Part shown: in pieces, positions 8,692-17,975 of the stretch
Layout of the letters: each line of letters starts with the position of its first letter
Position numbering within the stretch: the first letter of the stretch is position 1
From: a virus
Taxonomy: Duplodnaviria; Caudoviricetes
IMG/VR virus record: IMGVR_UViG_3300027265_000049
Coordinates: 1 to 40,204 of that record
Reading direction: 5' to 3' (one strand)
DNA: 40,204 nucleotides
Notes under the pieces: generated by a model
The model's input: the letters and a program-made list of their open reading frames with translations, nothing else
What the model was told of the DNA's origin: nothing
The model's database searches: none
Program-made: the position numbers and the translations under genes

Positions 8692-9225
8692 ATGCTTAAA
8701 AATTTAAACCTTGACACCAAGCCCCGCATTACATTCTCGCTTCACCCACTACACGAAGCTTTCTGTCGTTTTATCTTTAATGCCAGCGACAATCAAAAAC
8801 TTATTATCCTATCCCGAAGGCACGATATAGGTAAGTTGATTTTTGCGCACATCATGAGTGGCGACATCAATTTGTCTCGTCCTGTACTCGATCATCCTGT
8901 TACATTTATTTTACCAATGCCAAACAACGAGCATGGTTACTGGCTTCGGTATCGCTTCATTTATATTCCCAAATGGGTTGAAGATAAATTTAAAGATGCC
9001 ATTGAATATGAATTTAAGTTTTGGGTAAGGGAACGATTCAGGATTGGTTATGAAGAAGAAGGTATGGACCAGAAGACAATCATCAACACAATTCTGCGCG
9101 GCTTGAAGGTCAGGAATAATGAAGCGAATTCAGACATGATCAAAAAAATTGACTACCGAAACCGAAGAAAAAAGGAAGAAATTCAGTTTAAGAAGCTTCT
9201 AAGAGTTGAAAAATCAACGTTTTAA
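8692..9225 (+). CDS. hypothetical basic protein, candidate late-gene regulator
   Basis: 177 aa with basic helical C-terminus (KKIDYRNRRKK); sits between the origin and the late genes. Function is inferred. Confidence 0.6.
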   Translation: MLKNLNLDTKPRITFSLHPLHEAFCRFIFNASDNQKLIILSRRHDIGKLIFAHIMSGDINLSRPVLDHPVTFILPMPNNEHGYWLRYRFIYIPKWVEDKFKDAIEYEFKFWVRERFRIGYEEEGMDQKTIINTILRGLKVRNNEANSDMIKKIDYRNRRKKEEIQFKKLLRVEKSTF

Positions 9226-9281
9226 TATTTTTTTGACGAAAAAATGTAAAAACAAGCTACATAAACACTTAATTGAAAATC

Positions 9282-9659
9282 ATGAACGCAGCTGTAATTA
9301 CCAAAATTGAGTACCGGTTACTCGAAAATCCAGATTTCACAATTTTGGAGCAGATCCTATATTCCGGAAAATTAAAACAGGATCCACAGGAAAGCGGAGC
9401 AGGAACAAAATTTATAACTATCGTTGATGTGTCGGTTCCGAAACTTAACACGAACAACGATTCAATAATTAAGTCGATCGACCATAGAAAGGCTCAGTTT
9501 AGATGCACAGATGCAAATGGGACTGTTTACATACTTGGGAATGATGAATATCCTGCCAGATTAGTACATCAAAAAGCACTGGACGGAACCGCCGGAAGTT
9601 TCGGAGGCTATAAATGTACGATTACCTACAAATCGCCACATGATGACATCGTTCAGTAA
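9282..9659 (+). CDS. hypothetical phage structural protein (possible head closure)
   Basis: Beta-rich ORF directly before the protease; ATG at 9282 (track uses TTG 9273). Confidence 0.6.
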   Translation: MNAAVITKIEYRLLENPDFTILEQILYSGKLKQDPQESGAGTKFITIVDVSVPKLNTNNDSIIKSIDHRKAQFRCTDANGTVYILGNDEYPARLVHQKALDGTAGSFGGYKCTITYKSPHDDIVQ

Positions 9660-9664
9660 TTACA

Positions 9665-9700
9665 AGTCCTTTATTTCGCCTGCCTGATGTGGTAAGCTTG
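9665..9700 (+). promoter_or_regulatory. putative late promoter (protease/capsid operon)
   Basis: AGTCCTTT-N20-TAAGCTTG. Confidence 0.65.
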
Positions 9701-9725
9701 TAATGCTACTTAATAGTACATTGCA

Positions 9726-10793
9726 ATGACCACAAAAAACAAGTATTACGACATTATTCAGAACAAAGCCACCAAATCAGCCGAAGTATTGATTTACGGC
9801 GTGATTGGTGAAAGCTGGTGGGAAGAAAGTATTACAGCCCGCCGGTTTGTGCGTGATTTTAAAAATCTTGAAAAAGATCACGACATCATCAATGTCCGGA
9901 TCAATTCACCAGGCGGATCAGTATTTGACGGTTTAGCTATTTTCAATGCACTTTCATCTTCTTCAAAAGAGATCCACACCTATAACGATGGTATGTGCGC
10001 CTCGATGGCCGCTGTATTGCTGCTGGCTCCAAAGCCTGAAAATGTTCATCCGGCAATAAACAGCTTACTCATGCTTCATTCTCCATCTACCGGAGCCTGG
10101 GGAAATCGCCTTGTTTTAGAGAATGCCCTTGAGGTTCTTGACAAGGTTCAAAAAGTTCTGGTTACAAGTGTTTGCGAAAAAACAGGACTGGACGAAGCTG
10201 AAGTTGAGAAGAAATACTTTGATTTTAAGGACCATTATTTTACTGCTGAAGAAGCTCAGGCAGAAGGTTTGTATGCTCAGGTTGAAGACTACGAAGCTGA
10301 GAATGTCATACAAAATGCCGCTTCCCTTAAATTTTCCGACTTGGTTAAACTTTTCGAACCAACCAGCTCCATTTTCACCGACTGGATTGTCCGGATTGCT
10401 CCTGAAAATTCAATACCACCCGAAACGGAAGACACTTTAATTTTTACAGATATGGACATTTCTAAAATTCGCGCGATGTACCCGGTCCTCACAGAGGATA
10501 AGTACCCCACCGAGGAAAGCGTTCTTGATTACCTTGCAAAAAGGGAAAATGAATTCACCGACCTCGAACAGGCCAAAATAAAGGCTGAAAACGATCTTGC
10601 TACAGCAAACCAGACCATTAAGGACAAAGATGCTGAATTAGTTGCCTTAGGGAAAAAACCGGGTGCCGAATCGGCCACGGTTATTACTGACAACGACAAC
10701 CTTGACACCGAAGACAAGGATGAGCCTGCAAAGGATTTCATGTCGGCATTCTCAAATTGTATGAATATTTTGAAACCTCAAAAATCAAAATAA
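9726..10793 (+). CDS. ClpP-like prohead protease with C-terminal scaffold-like region
   Basis: INSPGGSVFDG, CASMAA (catalytic Ser), LMLHSP; acidic coiled-coil C-terminus. Confidence 0.92.
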   Translation: MTTKNKYYDIIQNKATKSAEVLIYGVIGESWWEESITARRFVRDFKNLEKDHDIINVRINSPGGSVFDGLAIFNALSSSSKEIHTYNDGMCASMAAVLLLAPKPENVHPAINSLLMLHSPSTGAWGNRLVLENALEVLDKVQKVLVTSVCEKTGLDEAEVEKKYFDFKDHYFTAEEAQAEGLYAQVEDYEAENVIQNAASLKFSDLVKLFEPTSSIFTDWIVRIAPENSIPPETEDTLIFTDMDISKIRAMYPVLTEDKYPTEESVLDYLAKRENEFTDLEQAKIKAENDLATANQTIKDKDAELVALGKKPGAESATVITDNDNLDTEDKDEPAKDFMSAFSNCMNILKPQKSK

Positions 10794-10794
10794 T

Positions 10795-12024
10795 ATGATT
10801 GATATTAATCAAGCTCTGATCGCAGCCGGAACCACGTATAAAAAGGAATTACTGGCGATGGTTGTTGCTGCTTTGAATGAAATGTTTCCTTACGTTTCAA
10901 TTCAAACAGGTGTTCAAGGTAAAATTGTTGGTGGCAATTTAACTACCGATGCACAATTGCGCCCGTATCGTACCGAAAAAGGTGCAAGTGATAACACCAA
11001 AATCGAACCATTTGAATGGGAAACATTCCTGGGCGATGTGGTTAAAGAGTTCGATCCAAATGCAATTTTGGGAACACTCTATACTGAGCCAACTGCCAAA
11101 AAACCAACCGAACGCGAAATTGCAAAGCGTGTAGCTTTGGAAATTGCAAAAAAAGTTGGAGAAGCCATTTACGATGCAATTTTTATTGCAAAACGTAATG
11201 CTAATGGTGAAACAACCATGGACCTGTTCAATGGCTATGTTACCATCATCGTGAGCCAAATTACCGCTCAAACTCCAAAGGTTTCTGTTGCTCTGAAGAA
11301 TTTCATCGATGACAGCGCTACTGTAGTATCTGCTGACAATGTTGGTGATGTTTTGAAAAAATACTGGCGTGGATTGAATAAACTTTTGAAAAAACAGAAG
11401 GTATTCTTCTACATTCCACAAACCATTCTCGAAATGTACGAAGACTGGTTCCAGGTTGAATACGGCCATGCTCCATGGAATACCGGATTTGAGCAAAAGA
11501 CTTTGGTTGGTACGAAAGGCAAATGTGAATTGGTTCCTTTCGATAACATGGAAGGTCAGCCATATATTTTCATTTCTGTAAAAGAAAATGTAAAACTTGG
11601 TGTTGACCAGATGAGTGACATGGAAAATGTCAAGATCCGCGAATGTGACAATCCAAAATTGGTTCAGTTCTTTATGATGGCCTACTTTGGTGTAGGTTAC
11701 GAAACTTTTGATCCACGTTATTTCAAAGCGTTCAAAGTATGTCTTGATCCGATTGATGACTTTGCTAATAGTGCCAAAGCGGCCACTACTGCAACTTTCA
11801 CTTGGACCGCTGCCGAGGATGCTACTTCTCTGAAAATTCAGATCAGTTCTGATAATGGAGTAACCTGGGCTGATGCCACGCACACTGCAATTGCTGTTGA
11901 TGCCACTACCAAACAGATCACCGCTTTGGTTGCTGAAACTACTTATAAAGTTCGTTTGGTTGTCGTTGATGGCCTGAATAACGGATATTCGAATGTTGTA
12001 ACCGTAACAACTCCAGCTGCATAG
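10795..12024 (+). CDS. major capsid protein with C-terminal fibronectin type III domain
   Basis: Follows the protease; ~315-aa core plus TATFTWTA...ITALVAETTYKVRLV...SNVVTVTT (Fn3 pattern). Confidence 0.8.
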   Translation: MIDINQALIAAGTTYKKELLAMVVAALNEMFPYVSIQTGVQGKIVGGNLTTDAQLRPYRTEKGASDNTKIEPFEWETFLGDVVKEFDPNAILGTLYTEPTAKKPTEREIAKRVALEIAKKVGEAIYDAIFIAKRNANGETTMDLFNGYVTIIVSQITAQTPKVSVALKNFIDDSATVVSADNVGDVLKKYWRGLNKLLKKQKVFFYIPQTILEMYEDWFQVEYGHAPWNTGFEQKTLVGTKGKCELVPFDNMEGQPYIFISVKENVKLGVDQMSDMENVKIRECDNPKLVQFFMMAYFGVGYETFDPRYFKAFKVCLDPIDDFANSAKAATTATFTWTAAEDATSLKIQISSDNGVTWADATHTAIAVDATTKQITALVAETTYKVRLVVVDGLNNGYSNVVTVTTPAA

Positions 12025-12026
12025 TT

Positions 12027-12608
12027 ATGGGACTCTTTACTGACATGAAATGGACCGACGGGCAAGTAAACCCGTCGGGCATTGCAACCGAATTGTTTTA
12101 TATCCCCAAATCGGATATCAAAACTTTTCCTGTTGTTGCTGCTGCTCCTGCCACTCCTGAAGCCAATGTGCTTCTGGTAGGAGATTTCGAACTGGTTGCA
12201 GGTAAGACCTGGTTCCGGTTGCATTCTACACAGGGCAAAGGTGAAGTAACCTTTGAATCAATCGGCGAAAAAGAGTGCAAGCTCTTTATGAATAAGGGAA
12301 AAGTTTTATTTCCTGATATCAGCGCTGCGGCTAAAAGCCATGCCAAGCAATCGGCCAATTCAAATCTGGTATATATTTTCAAGTTGCCACACCAGAGCGA
12401 AAAACGCTATGTCGTATTAGGTGACATCGATTATGATACCGAAACCAAACCACAGGGAGCATCAGGCGGGGAACCTGGTAGCCAGAAAGGTTTGACTATT
12501 GAGGTTGAAGTACCTTGCTTTACTCCACTGCCAAACTATGGCGGCGATATCGTTCTTTCTGACGGTACCCTTGATTGCACTACCGGTGTATTCACACCAA
12601 ATCCGTAA
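12027..12608 (+). CDS. probable major tail (tube) or other structural protein
   Basis: 193 aa, beta-rich, co-transcribed with the capsid gene and followed by a strong terminator. Confidence 0.55.
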   Translation: MGLFTDMKWTDGQVNPSGIATELFYIPKSDIKTFPVVAAAPATPEANVLLVGDFELVAGKTWFRLHSTQGKGEVTFESIGEKECKLFMNKGKVLFPDISAAAKSHAKQSANSNLVYIFKLPHQSEKRYVVLGDIDYDTETKPQGASGGEPGSQKGLTIEVEVPCFTPLPNYGGDIVLSDGTLDCTTGVFTPNP

Positions 12609-12631
12609 TTACTTTTAAGAGATAGAAAATT

Positions 12632-12666
12632 AACCCCGGCTCGGCTCTGTCCGGGTCGGGGTTTTT
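12632..12666 (+). terminator. intrinsic terminator
   Basis: AACCCCGGCTCGG-loop-CCGGGTCGGGGTT followed by T run. Confidence 0.85.
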
Positions 12667-12678
12667 AACAACTTAAAT

Positions 12679-13467
12679 ATGAACGATTTAAATAAAACTG
12701 ATGAATACAGGAAGGAGATCCAGGACTGGATGAATTCCGGTAAAGATTTCAACGAAGGTTATCTGCTTTTCGTGCGTTTTTCGCACAATAGAGCTATGGC
12801 TTTGCAATTTGCCCGTAAAGGTTCATCGATGCAAACTAAGCTTGAATATGAGCTCCAGAAGATAGTTGAACGCAACCTGATCATTGATCGCCCGGTGTTG
12901 GCAATTGGTCCGGTAGTGAAAGCTCAGGCCAATGCTGAAAATGTAACCGATACCGATGTCCGGATCCAGAACCAGGATAAAAAGTTTAAACTGGTTGGAG
13001 AAAAGATTAATCCTGCTGAACTTCCGGAACCTCTCCGGATTCTGTATGATGAAAACAGCGAAAAGCATAAACTCATGAGGGCTATTCATGAGAAAATGAA
13101 AGCTGCTAAAAAGGATGGTGAACGGGCCAAACTCCGTAAAGAATTGATTACGCTCGATGATCGCGTTTCAGCCAACTGGAAAGTGATAGAACTTTATCTT
13201 GAAAACGGGACTTTGCCTGAAGTAAAAAAAGAGAAAGCTCAGGATCCTGGTACAGAAATGTACAAACAGATTAATGCTGCCCGGTCGTATGTGTCGCGCG
13301 GATTGAACGGATTGGATAAAAAAACCGGCACAAAGCGTGATGAAACGATTGCTGAGATCAAGAAACGTTTCGATTTCCTTGTTACGAACAAAGCTGAAGT
13401 GAAAAAAGAAACGCTTGAGGCTCTTCAAAAACTGGGTATTACCAATGAAATTTCAGGAGACAAGTAA
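12679..13467 (+). CDS. hypothetical helical phage protein
   Basis: 262 aa, charged helical composition. Confidence 0.75.
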   Translation: MNDLNKTDEYRKEIQDWMNSGKDFNEGYLLFVRFSHNRAMALQFARKGSSMQTKLEYELQKIVERNLIIDRPVLAIGPVVKAQANAENVTDTDVRIQNQDKKFKLVGEKINPAELPEPLRILYDENSEKHKLMRAIHEKMKAAKKDGERAKLRKELITLDDRVSANWKVIELYLENGTLPEVKKEKAQDPGTEMYKQINAARSYVSRGLNGLDKKTGTKRDETIAEIKKRFDFLVTNKAEVKKETLEALQKLGITNEISGDK

Positions 13468-13912
13468 AGGAGATGTGCTGTATTTAAATCAACAAATACA
13501 GTTTCATCATGTGTTCGATAGACTTCTGGATAGAATTGAAAGGGCTGACAAGATGATTGTCAGCTCTTTTGCAGTTACAGAAGCTATCATTCGCCGGATC
13601 ATTAAAAACCGGTACCGGATCGGTGAAATAAACCTGTTTCTTGATTTTACAGTTGCTTCCCGGAACATGCCTGTTACTTGTTTTGCTGAAGCGAATGTGG
13701 ATGCACTTTACCTGCTAAATAATCACAGCAAAACAATTTGGGTACAATCAGCCACCGGTGTGCAATATCTGGCAGTGATATCGAACAATGCCACCAACAA
13801 CCACCGCTTTGAGTGTGGATTTATCACCGGTGATCAGGAGCTGATTGATATTTATCTGAATGAAATTGAGCAAATGAAACTCGAAAGCGTACCATTCAAT
13901 GGAAGACAATAA
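13445..13912 (+). CDS. phospholipase D-like (HxK) nuclease-domain protein
   Basis: IVSSFAV, NHSKT (HxK), ISNNATNN..E, similar to the single-HKD PLD/Nuc fold. Confidence 0.7.
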   Translation: MKFQETSKGDVLYLNQQIQFHHVFDRLLDRIERADKMIVSSFAVTEAIIRRIIKNRYRIGEINLFLDFTVASRNMPVTCFAEANVDALYLLNNHSKTIWVQSATGVQYLAVISNNATNNHRFECGFITGDQELIDIYLNEIEQMKLESVPFNGRQ

Positions 13913-14174
13913 AACTATCCTGGAACTGATCGAAGAATACGCCGGTCTGTTCCTGACCATTGATGAAATTTCGTTGCTGCTTGATCTGGATCCCATCCAG
14001 TTCAGGCGTGAAATTTCGGCCGGTAAGTCGGCCAATGCCAAAGCATACCAGAAAGGAAAATTACAATCGATGCTTGAGATGCGCAGGCAAACGGTGATGT
14101 TCGCTAAAAAAGGCAGTCCGCAGGCTGAAGCTTTTGTCCAGGAATATATTGCCAGCCAGAAACAGAATGAGTAA
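13899..14174 (+). CDS. small HTH-like protein, possible terminase small-subunit component
   Basis: LTIDEISLLLDL...AYQKGK...AKKGSPQA pattern; upstream of terL. Confidence 0.55.
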   Translation: MEDNKTILELIEEYAGLFLTIDEISLLLDLDPIQFRREISAGKSANAKAYQKGKLQSMLEMRRQTVMFAKKGSPQAEAFVQEYIASQKQNE

Positions 14175-14183
14175 GTTTGAAGC

Positions 14184-14372
14184 ATGGAAGATAATTTTTT
14201 CATAGAGTTTGAAAATGGATCCCGAATGAAGCTCCCTGAGCCTAATGATTCATTGATGCAATCATTATCATTTAACATGCCTTATTTTGATAATTATTAC
14301 AGAACCAGAAGAAGCAAATACTTTATGAGCTGGACTCTATCTCATATCAAGATTACCGCCTTTAAGAATTAA
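14184..14372 (+). CDS. hypothetical protein
   Basis: 62 aa AT-rich ORF filling the gap before the next promoter motif. Confidence 0.5.
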   Translation: MEDNFFIEFENGSRMKLPEPNDSLMQSLSFNMPYFDNYYRTRRSKYFMSWTLSHIKITAFKN

Positions 14373-14375
14373 ACC

Positions 14376-14411
14376 TGTCCTTCTTTAGATAAACTCATTG
14401 CTGCACTTTAG
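14376..14411 (+). promoter_or_regulatory. putative late promoter (terminase operon)
   Basis: TGTCCTTC-N20-CACTTTAG; ATG at 14416. Confidence 0.55.
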
Positions 14412-14415
14412 CAGC

Positions 14416-15003
14416 ATGAGCCGCAAATGCAACCTCGATAAATTTCGTGATGTTCTGTTCTCCGATATTTCGGAGAATGAAACCCTTTTGCCGGTAGAAC
14501 GTGACCAGCTCAAGCGGTACCGGGCTGCATTTCATCAATCGCTCGAAAATCCTTCCATGCCCGATATTAAGCTCCGCGATTATTTAATGAACGAATTTGG
14601 CGTTTCAGAAAGCCAGGCTTACCGCGATATTGGAAACATCAGGATCCTACTTGGAAACGTCAGAAATTCAGGAAAAGAATGGGTTCGTTACCTGGTCAAT
14701 GAAACCCTGAAGGAAGCCATTGAGTTGGCTAAAGCTTCAGGAGGAAAAAAACTGAAAGAAATGGTTGCCGCTGCAGGTATGCTTGGTAAATATAACCGGC
14801 TCGACAAAGAAGATGCTCTGGAGATCCCCTGGGATGAAATCCTTCCTCAGGATATTGAACCTACTTCAGATCCTACCGTGCTTTCAGGAAAAGTAAAACC
14901 GCTGAAAAACAAACAGGAAGAAATTGCGAAAATGTACGAAAAGTACAAAGGCGAAATTGATCTGGACTATACGGATTATGAGGAGGTAGACAAAGATGAG
15001 TGA
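14416..15003 (+). CDS. probable terminase small subunit
   Basis: HTH-like LMNEFGVSESQAYRDI; overlaps terL start; ATG 14416 preferred over TTG 14398. Confidence 0.6.
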   Translation: MSRKCNLDKFRDVLFSDISENETLLPVERDQLKRYRAAFHQSLENPSMPDIKLRDYLMNEFGVSESQAYRDIGNIRILLGNVRNSGKEWVRYLVNETLKEAIELAKASGGKKLKEMVAAAGMLGKYNRLDKEDALEIPWDEILPQDIEPTSDPTVLSGKVKPLKNKQEEIAKMYEKYKGEIDLDYTDYEEVDKDE

Positions 15004-16618
15004 CGAAACTCCAAAAAAGAAAGTCTATTTTTCGGATGCTCAGCTGGAGTTCAGATATACTGCAGCTCATACCAGTTCAATTGCTGCCGGTCGCCGGTTT
15101 GGAAAATCGCGTTTGGCTGCTCCATGGCTTCTCAGGAACTCACAAAACATGCCTCGTTCGGGTGGTGGAATTGTGTGTTCCACTTTTCAGCAAGCTTTAA
15201 CCCGGACTCTCCCGGGCGTTTTCTCGAGCTGGAGAGATATGGGGTTTAAGCGCGATGTTCATTACTTTGTCAATCACCGGCCCCCGAAGTCTGCCGGGTT
15301 TAAAACTCCGATCGACGAACCGGCCAGTTACGACCATGTGATATCCTGGTATAACGGATCAGTTCAGTATCTCATCAGTCAGGATGTTCCCGGATCCTCC
15401 AATTCGCTCACGCTTCAGTACCTTTTTGGCGACGAAGCAAAGTTCCTGAATTTCGATAAACTGAAGGATGAAACCATACCGGCAAATGGAGGTTTTAAAG
15501 GTCCGTGGGTTGACTGTCCCTGGTTAAATTCCATGCTCTGGATGTCGGATATGCCCACAACTAAAAAGGGATCATGGTTTCTGAAGTACGCTGAGTTGAT
15601 GGATCCGGAGCTGATCAACATGATTCAATGGTTTGTTTGCGAAATATGGCGCCTGAAGAATTTGCCTCAGAACACTTACACTGCCAAAATGCTTCACGAA
15701 TACCGGATGCGCCTGGCTCAGTTCCGGAGCGTGGCCGTTTATTACAAAGAATGGTCATCCATTGAAAATATTGAACTCCTGGGAAAGAAATACATTGCCC
15801 AAATGAAGCGGGATCTTCCACCACTCGTGTTTCAAACCTCCATTCTTTGCATTCGTCCCGGAAAGCTGAAGGATGGCTTTTATCCTGGATTGAAGGACGA
15901 ACATTTATATACGTCCTTCAACAACTCCTACCTGTTAGACCTTGATTATGATCTCGAAAAAGCAGCACAACAGAGCTGCAAACAAGATGGTGATGTTGAC
16001 CTGGATAAACCGTTGTATGTGGCATTCGATTACAATGCAAACATCAATTGGTTGGTTGTTGGTCAGCCTGATGGCCGGAAAGCAATGTTTTTGAAGTCGT
16101 TTTACGTGAAGTATGAGCGGAAACTTCGTGAGGTTGTTGATGATTTCTGTGCCTACTACCGTCATCACCGTACAAAAGATGTGGTTTACTACTTTGACAA
16201 TACGGCTCTGGGATCGAACTATGCCGTGAGTGAGGAAGATTTTGCATCTGTCATCTGCTCCCAGTTCGATAAAAACAGATGGACTGTTCACCGTGTACAC
16301 ATCGGGAACCCGCTAAAGCATCAGGAAAAGTACCTCATGCTCGACCAGGCATTTAAAGGCCAGAAATATTTACTTCCGCAGATTAATGAGCTCAACAACG
16401 AACCCCTTATTTTGGGGCTACAACAAACCGGAGTGAAGGTTGGGCCTTATGGATTCCAGAAGGATAAATCAGGCGAAAAAAAGGCCGAAACTGAAGAGGA
16501 TTTGCTTGAGCATCGTACTGACGGAACTGATGCCTTTGATACGCTTGCTATTGGAATGTTTCTTTATCCTCAGGTTATCTTCCGGAGCGGGGTTGGTACT
16601 GGGATGCTCGGAAAATGA
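14996..16618 (+). CDS. terL: terminase large subunit
   Basis: Walker A AGRRFGKS, Walker B LFGDEAK, nuclease-domain AFDYN and DGTDAFD. Confidence 0.9.
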   Translation: MSDETPKKKVYFSDAQLEFRYTAAHTSSIAAGRRFGKSRLAAPWLLRNSQNMPRSGGGIVCSTFQQALTRTLPGVFSSWRDMGFKRDVHYFVNHRPPKSAGFKTPIDEPASYDHVISWYNGSVQYLISQDVPGSSNSLTLQYLFGDEAKFLNFDKLKDETIPANGGFKGPWVDCPWLNSMLWMSDMPTTKKGSWFLKYAELMDPELINMIQWFVCEIWRLKNLPQNTYTAKMLHEYRMRLAQFRSVAVYYKEWSSIENIELLGKKYIAQMKRDLPPLVFQTSILCIRPGKLKDGFYPGLKDEHLYTSFNNSYLLDLDYDLEKAAQQSCKQDGDVDLDKPLYVAFDYNANINWLVVGQPDGRKAMFLKSFYVKYERKLREVVDDFCAYYRHHRTKDVVYYFDNTALGSNYAVSEEDFASVICSQFDKNRWTVHRVHIGNPLKHQEKYLMLDQAFKGQKYLLPQINELNNEPLILGLQQTGVKVGPYGFQKDKSGEKKAETEEDLLEHRTDGTDAFDTLAIGMFLYPQVIFRSGVGTGMLGK

Positions 16619-16941
16619 GTTTTACCTTTTTGTAAGGTTCAATTTTGCCAGGGAATAAGGGTGGAAAGTGAATTGTCAAAAATAGACCAATAAAATACGG
16701 TAGAGTGCCGGTTAACTGACAAAGGAAGGAAACATTGACGAAGGAAATCGGGCGAAGCCTGGACGGCACGGAACTCCTAATCTGTCGCGCCGGGGACTGG
16801 CACACGGCCTCCCCTGCGGAGTTGTTATAGTACAACCTCCAAACCCTTTGTTTTTTCAGATTCTCCGCCTGTGGCCGGATGGCTATTTCTCAAAAAACAT
16901 CGTGAAAAAAACTAAGCCGTGCGCATTCAATATTTTAAATT

Positions 16942-17364
16942 CTAATATTCATCTCCTGAAACTGTGGCCAGTTCGTTAACTGTTTCGGGTTGCTGCTCCG
17001 GCTGTGCTACCGGTTCTGGTTTGTAAACCTGCGTATTTGCAAACAAGTAGCAAAGCGGCCAATACTTGTATTCTTCCGGCTCGTTGGCTCCTTCGGGTAC
17101 TTGCTCACCTTTGCGAGGTTGCCCCCAGATCAAAAAAGCTTTTTCACCCTTGCGAACGGTGGCGCCTTCCTCTTTCCATTGCCAGAAGGTTTTGAACTCT
17201 TCGATCTCTGTGTTTGTCTCCTGATAGATTTCTTTCAATCCTTCGTTAACACTGTCGTAAGCTCCCGATTTAACGCCCATCCGGACAAATCGAGAAAGCT
17301 CAATTAACTCTTTTCTTTTCAGCAAATATTGCTCTTTCCGTGTTGATTCTGTATCTTTGCTCAT
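16942..17364 (-). CDS. ArdC-like N-terminal ssDNA-binding domain protein
   Basis: FKTFWQWKEEGATVRKGEKAFLIWGQP...YLF..TQV; lacks the C-terminal zincin domain. Confidence 0.8.
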   Translation of the reverse strand: MSKDTESTRKEQYLLKRKELIELSRFVRMGVKSGAYDSVNEGLKEIYQETNTEIEEFKTFWQWKEEGATVRKGEKAFLIWGQPRKGEQVPEGANEPEEYKYWPLCYLFANTQVYKPEPVAQPEQQPETVNELATVSGDEY

Positions 17365-17403
17365 GATGTCAATTTATTGATGTTAAACAAATAATTTGGA
17401 TTG

Positions 17404-17428
17404 AAAAGGGGGAGGGATACCCCCTTTT
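17404..17428. terminator. hairpin between the two minus-strand genes
   Basis: AAAAGGGGG-AGGGATA-CCCCCTTTT. Confidence 0.55.
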
Positions 17429-17437
17429 CGCTTTTAC

Positions 17438-17902
17438 TTAGGCTTCGATTTCCTTTTTTAATACTTCCCTTTTTGCATCTACCCGACCAATAATAAAACT
17501 GATCAATTCGCCAATAATGACAGGATTTTTCACGGTATAAACCGCTGTTTTGTTGTATTTGCTGCCTCCGTCAATGTTCAAAAAATACTCCTCATTATCG
17601 AACTCGTTAGATGCTGCGATTTCGGCAAGCTTATCCAGGTGAATGGTTAAACTTTCTTTGTCCATGTCAAGCTTTGACAGTCTGCGGATCAATTCATTTT
17701 TTTTGTTGAAATACTCGACCCTTGTTTTAAGGTCTTGGGGAATTGCGGAAAGTTGTTTTTTTAGTTGTTCGTTTTCTGCTTTTAGTTCTTCGGGTGTTTG
17801 CTCCGGTTCTTGGATTACAACTGGTAAATTGTTTACCTCTGATTTTGGGGTGTTTTCTCCCTTCTGCAACTCCATGGTTGCAGTTCCATTTTTTTTACTC
17901 AT
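17438..17902 (-). CDS. hypothetical coiled-coil protein
   Basis: 154 aa, heptad-rich, co-oriented with the ArdC-like gene. Confidence 0.75.
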   Translation of the reverse strand: MSKKNGTATMELQKGENTPKSEVNNLPVVIQEPEQTPEELKAENEQLKKQLSAIPQDLKTRVEYFNKKNELIRRLSKLDMDKESLTIHLDKLAEIAASNEFDNEEYFLNIDGGSKYNKTAVYTVKNPVIIGELISFIIGRVDAKREVLKKEIEA

Positions 17903-17975
17903 GACATTAATTTTTAAATGTTAAACAAATTGGATTTGGATAGAATTAGATTGGTTTCCCTCTCATTTTCTAATA

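Noticed and set aside
10939-11883. 314-aa minus-strand ORF
   Set aside because: Antisense shadow of the codon-biased capsid gene; no recognisable motifs
13748-14278. 176-aa minus-strand ORF and other short overlapping ORFs in the track
   Set aside because: Antisense to, or nested within, tightly packed and better-supported genes
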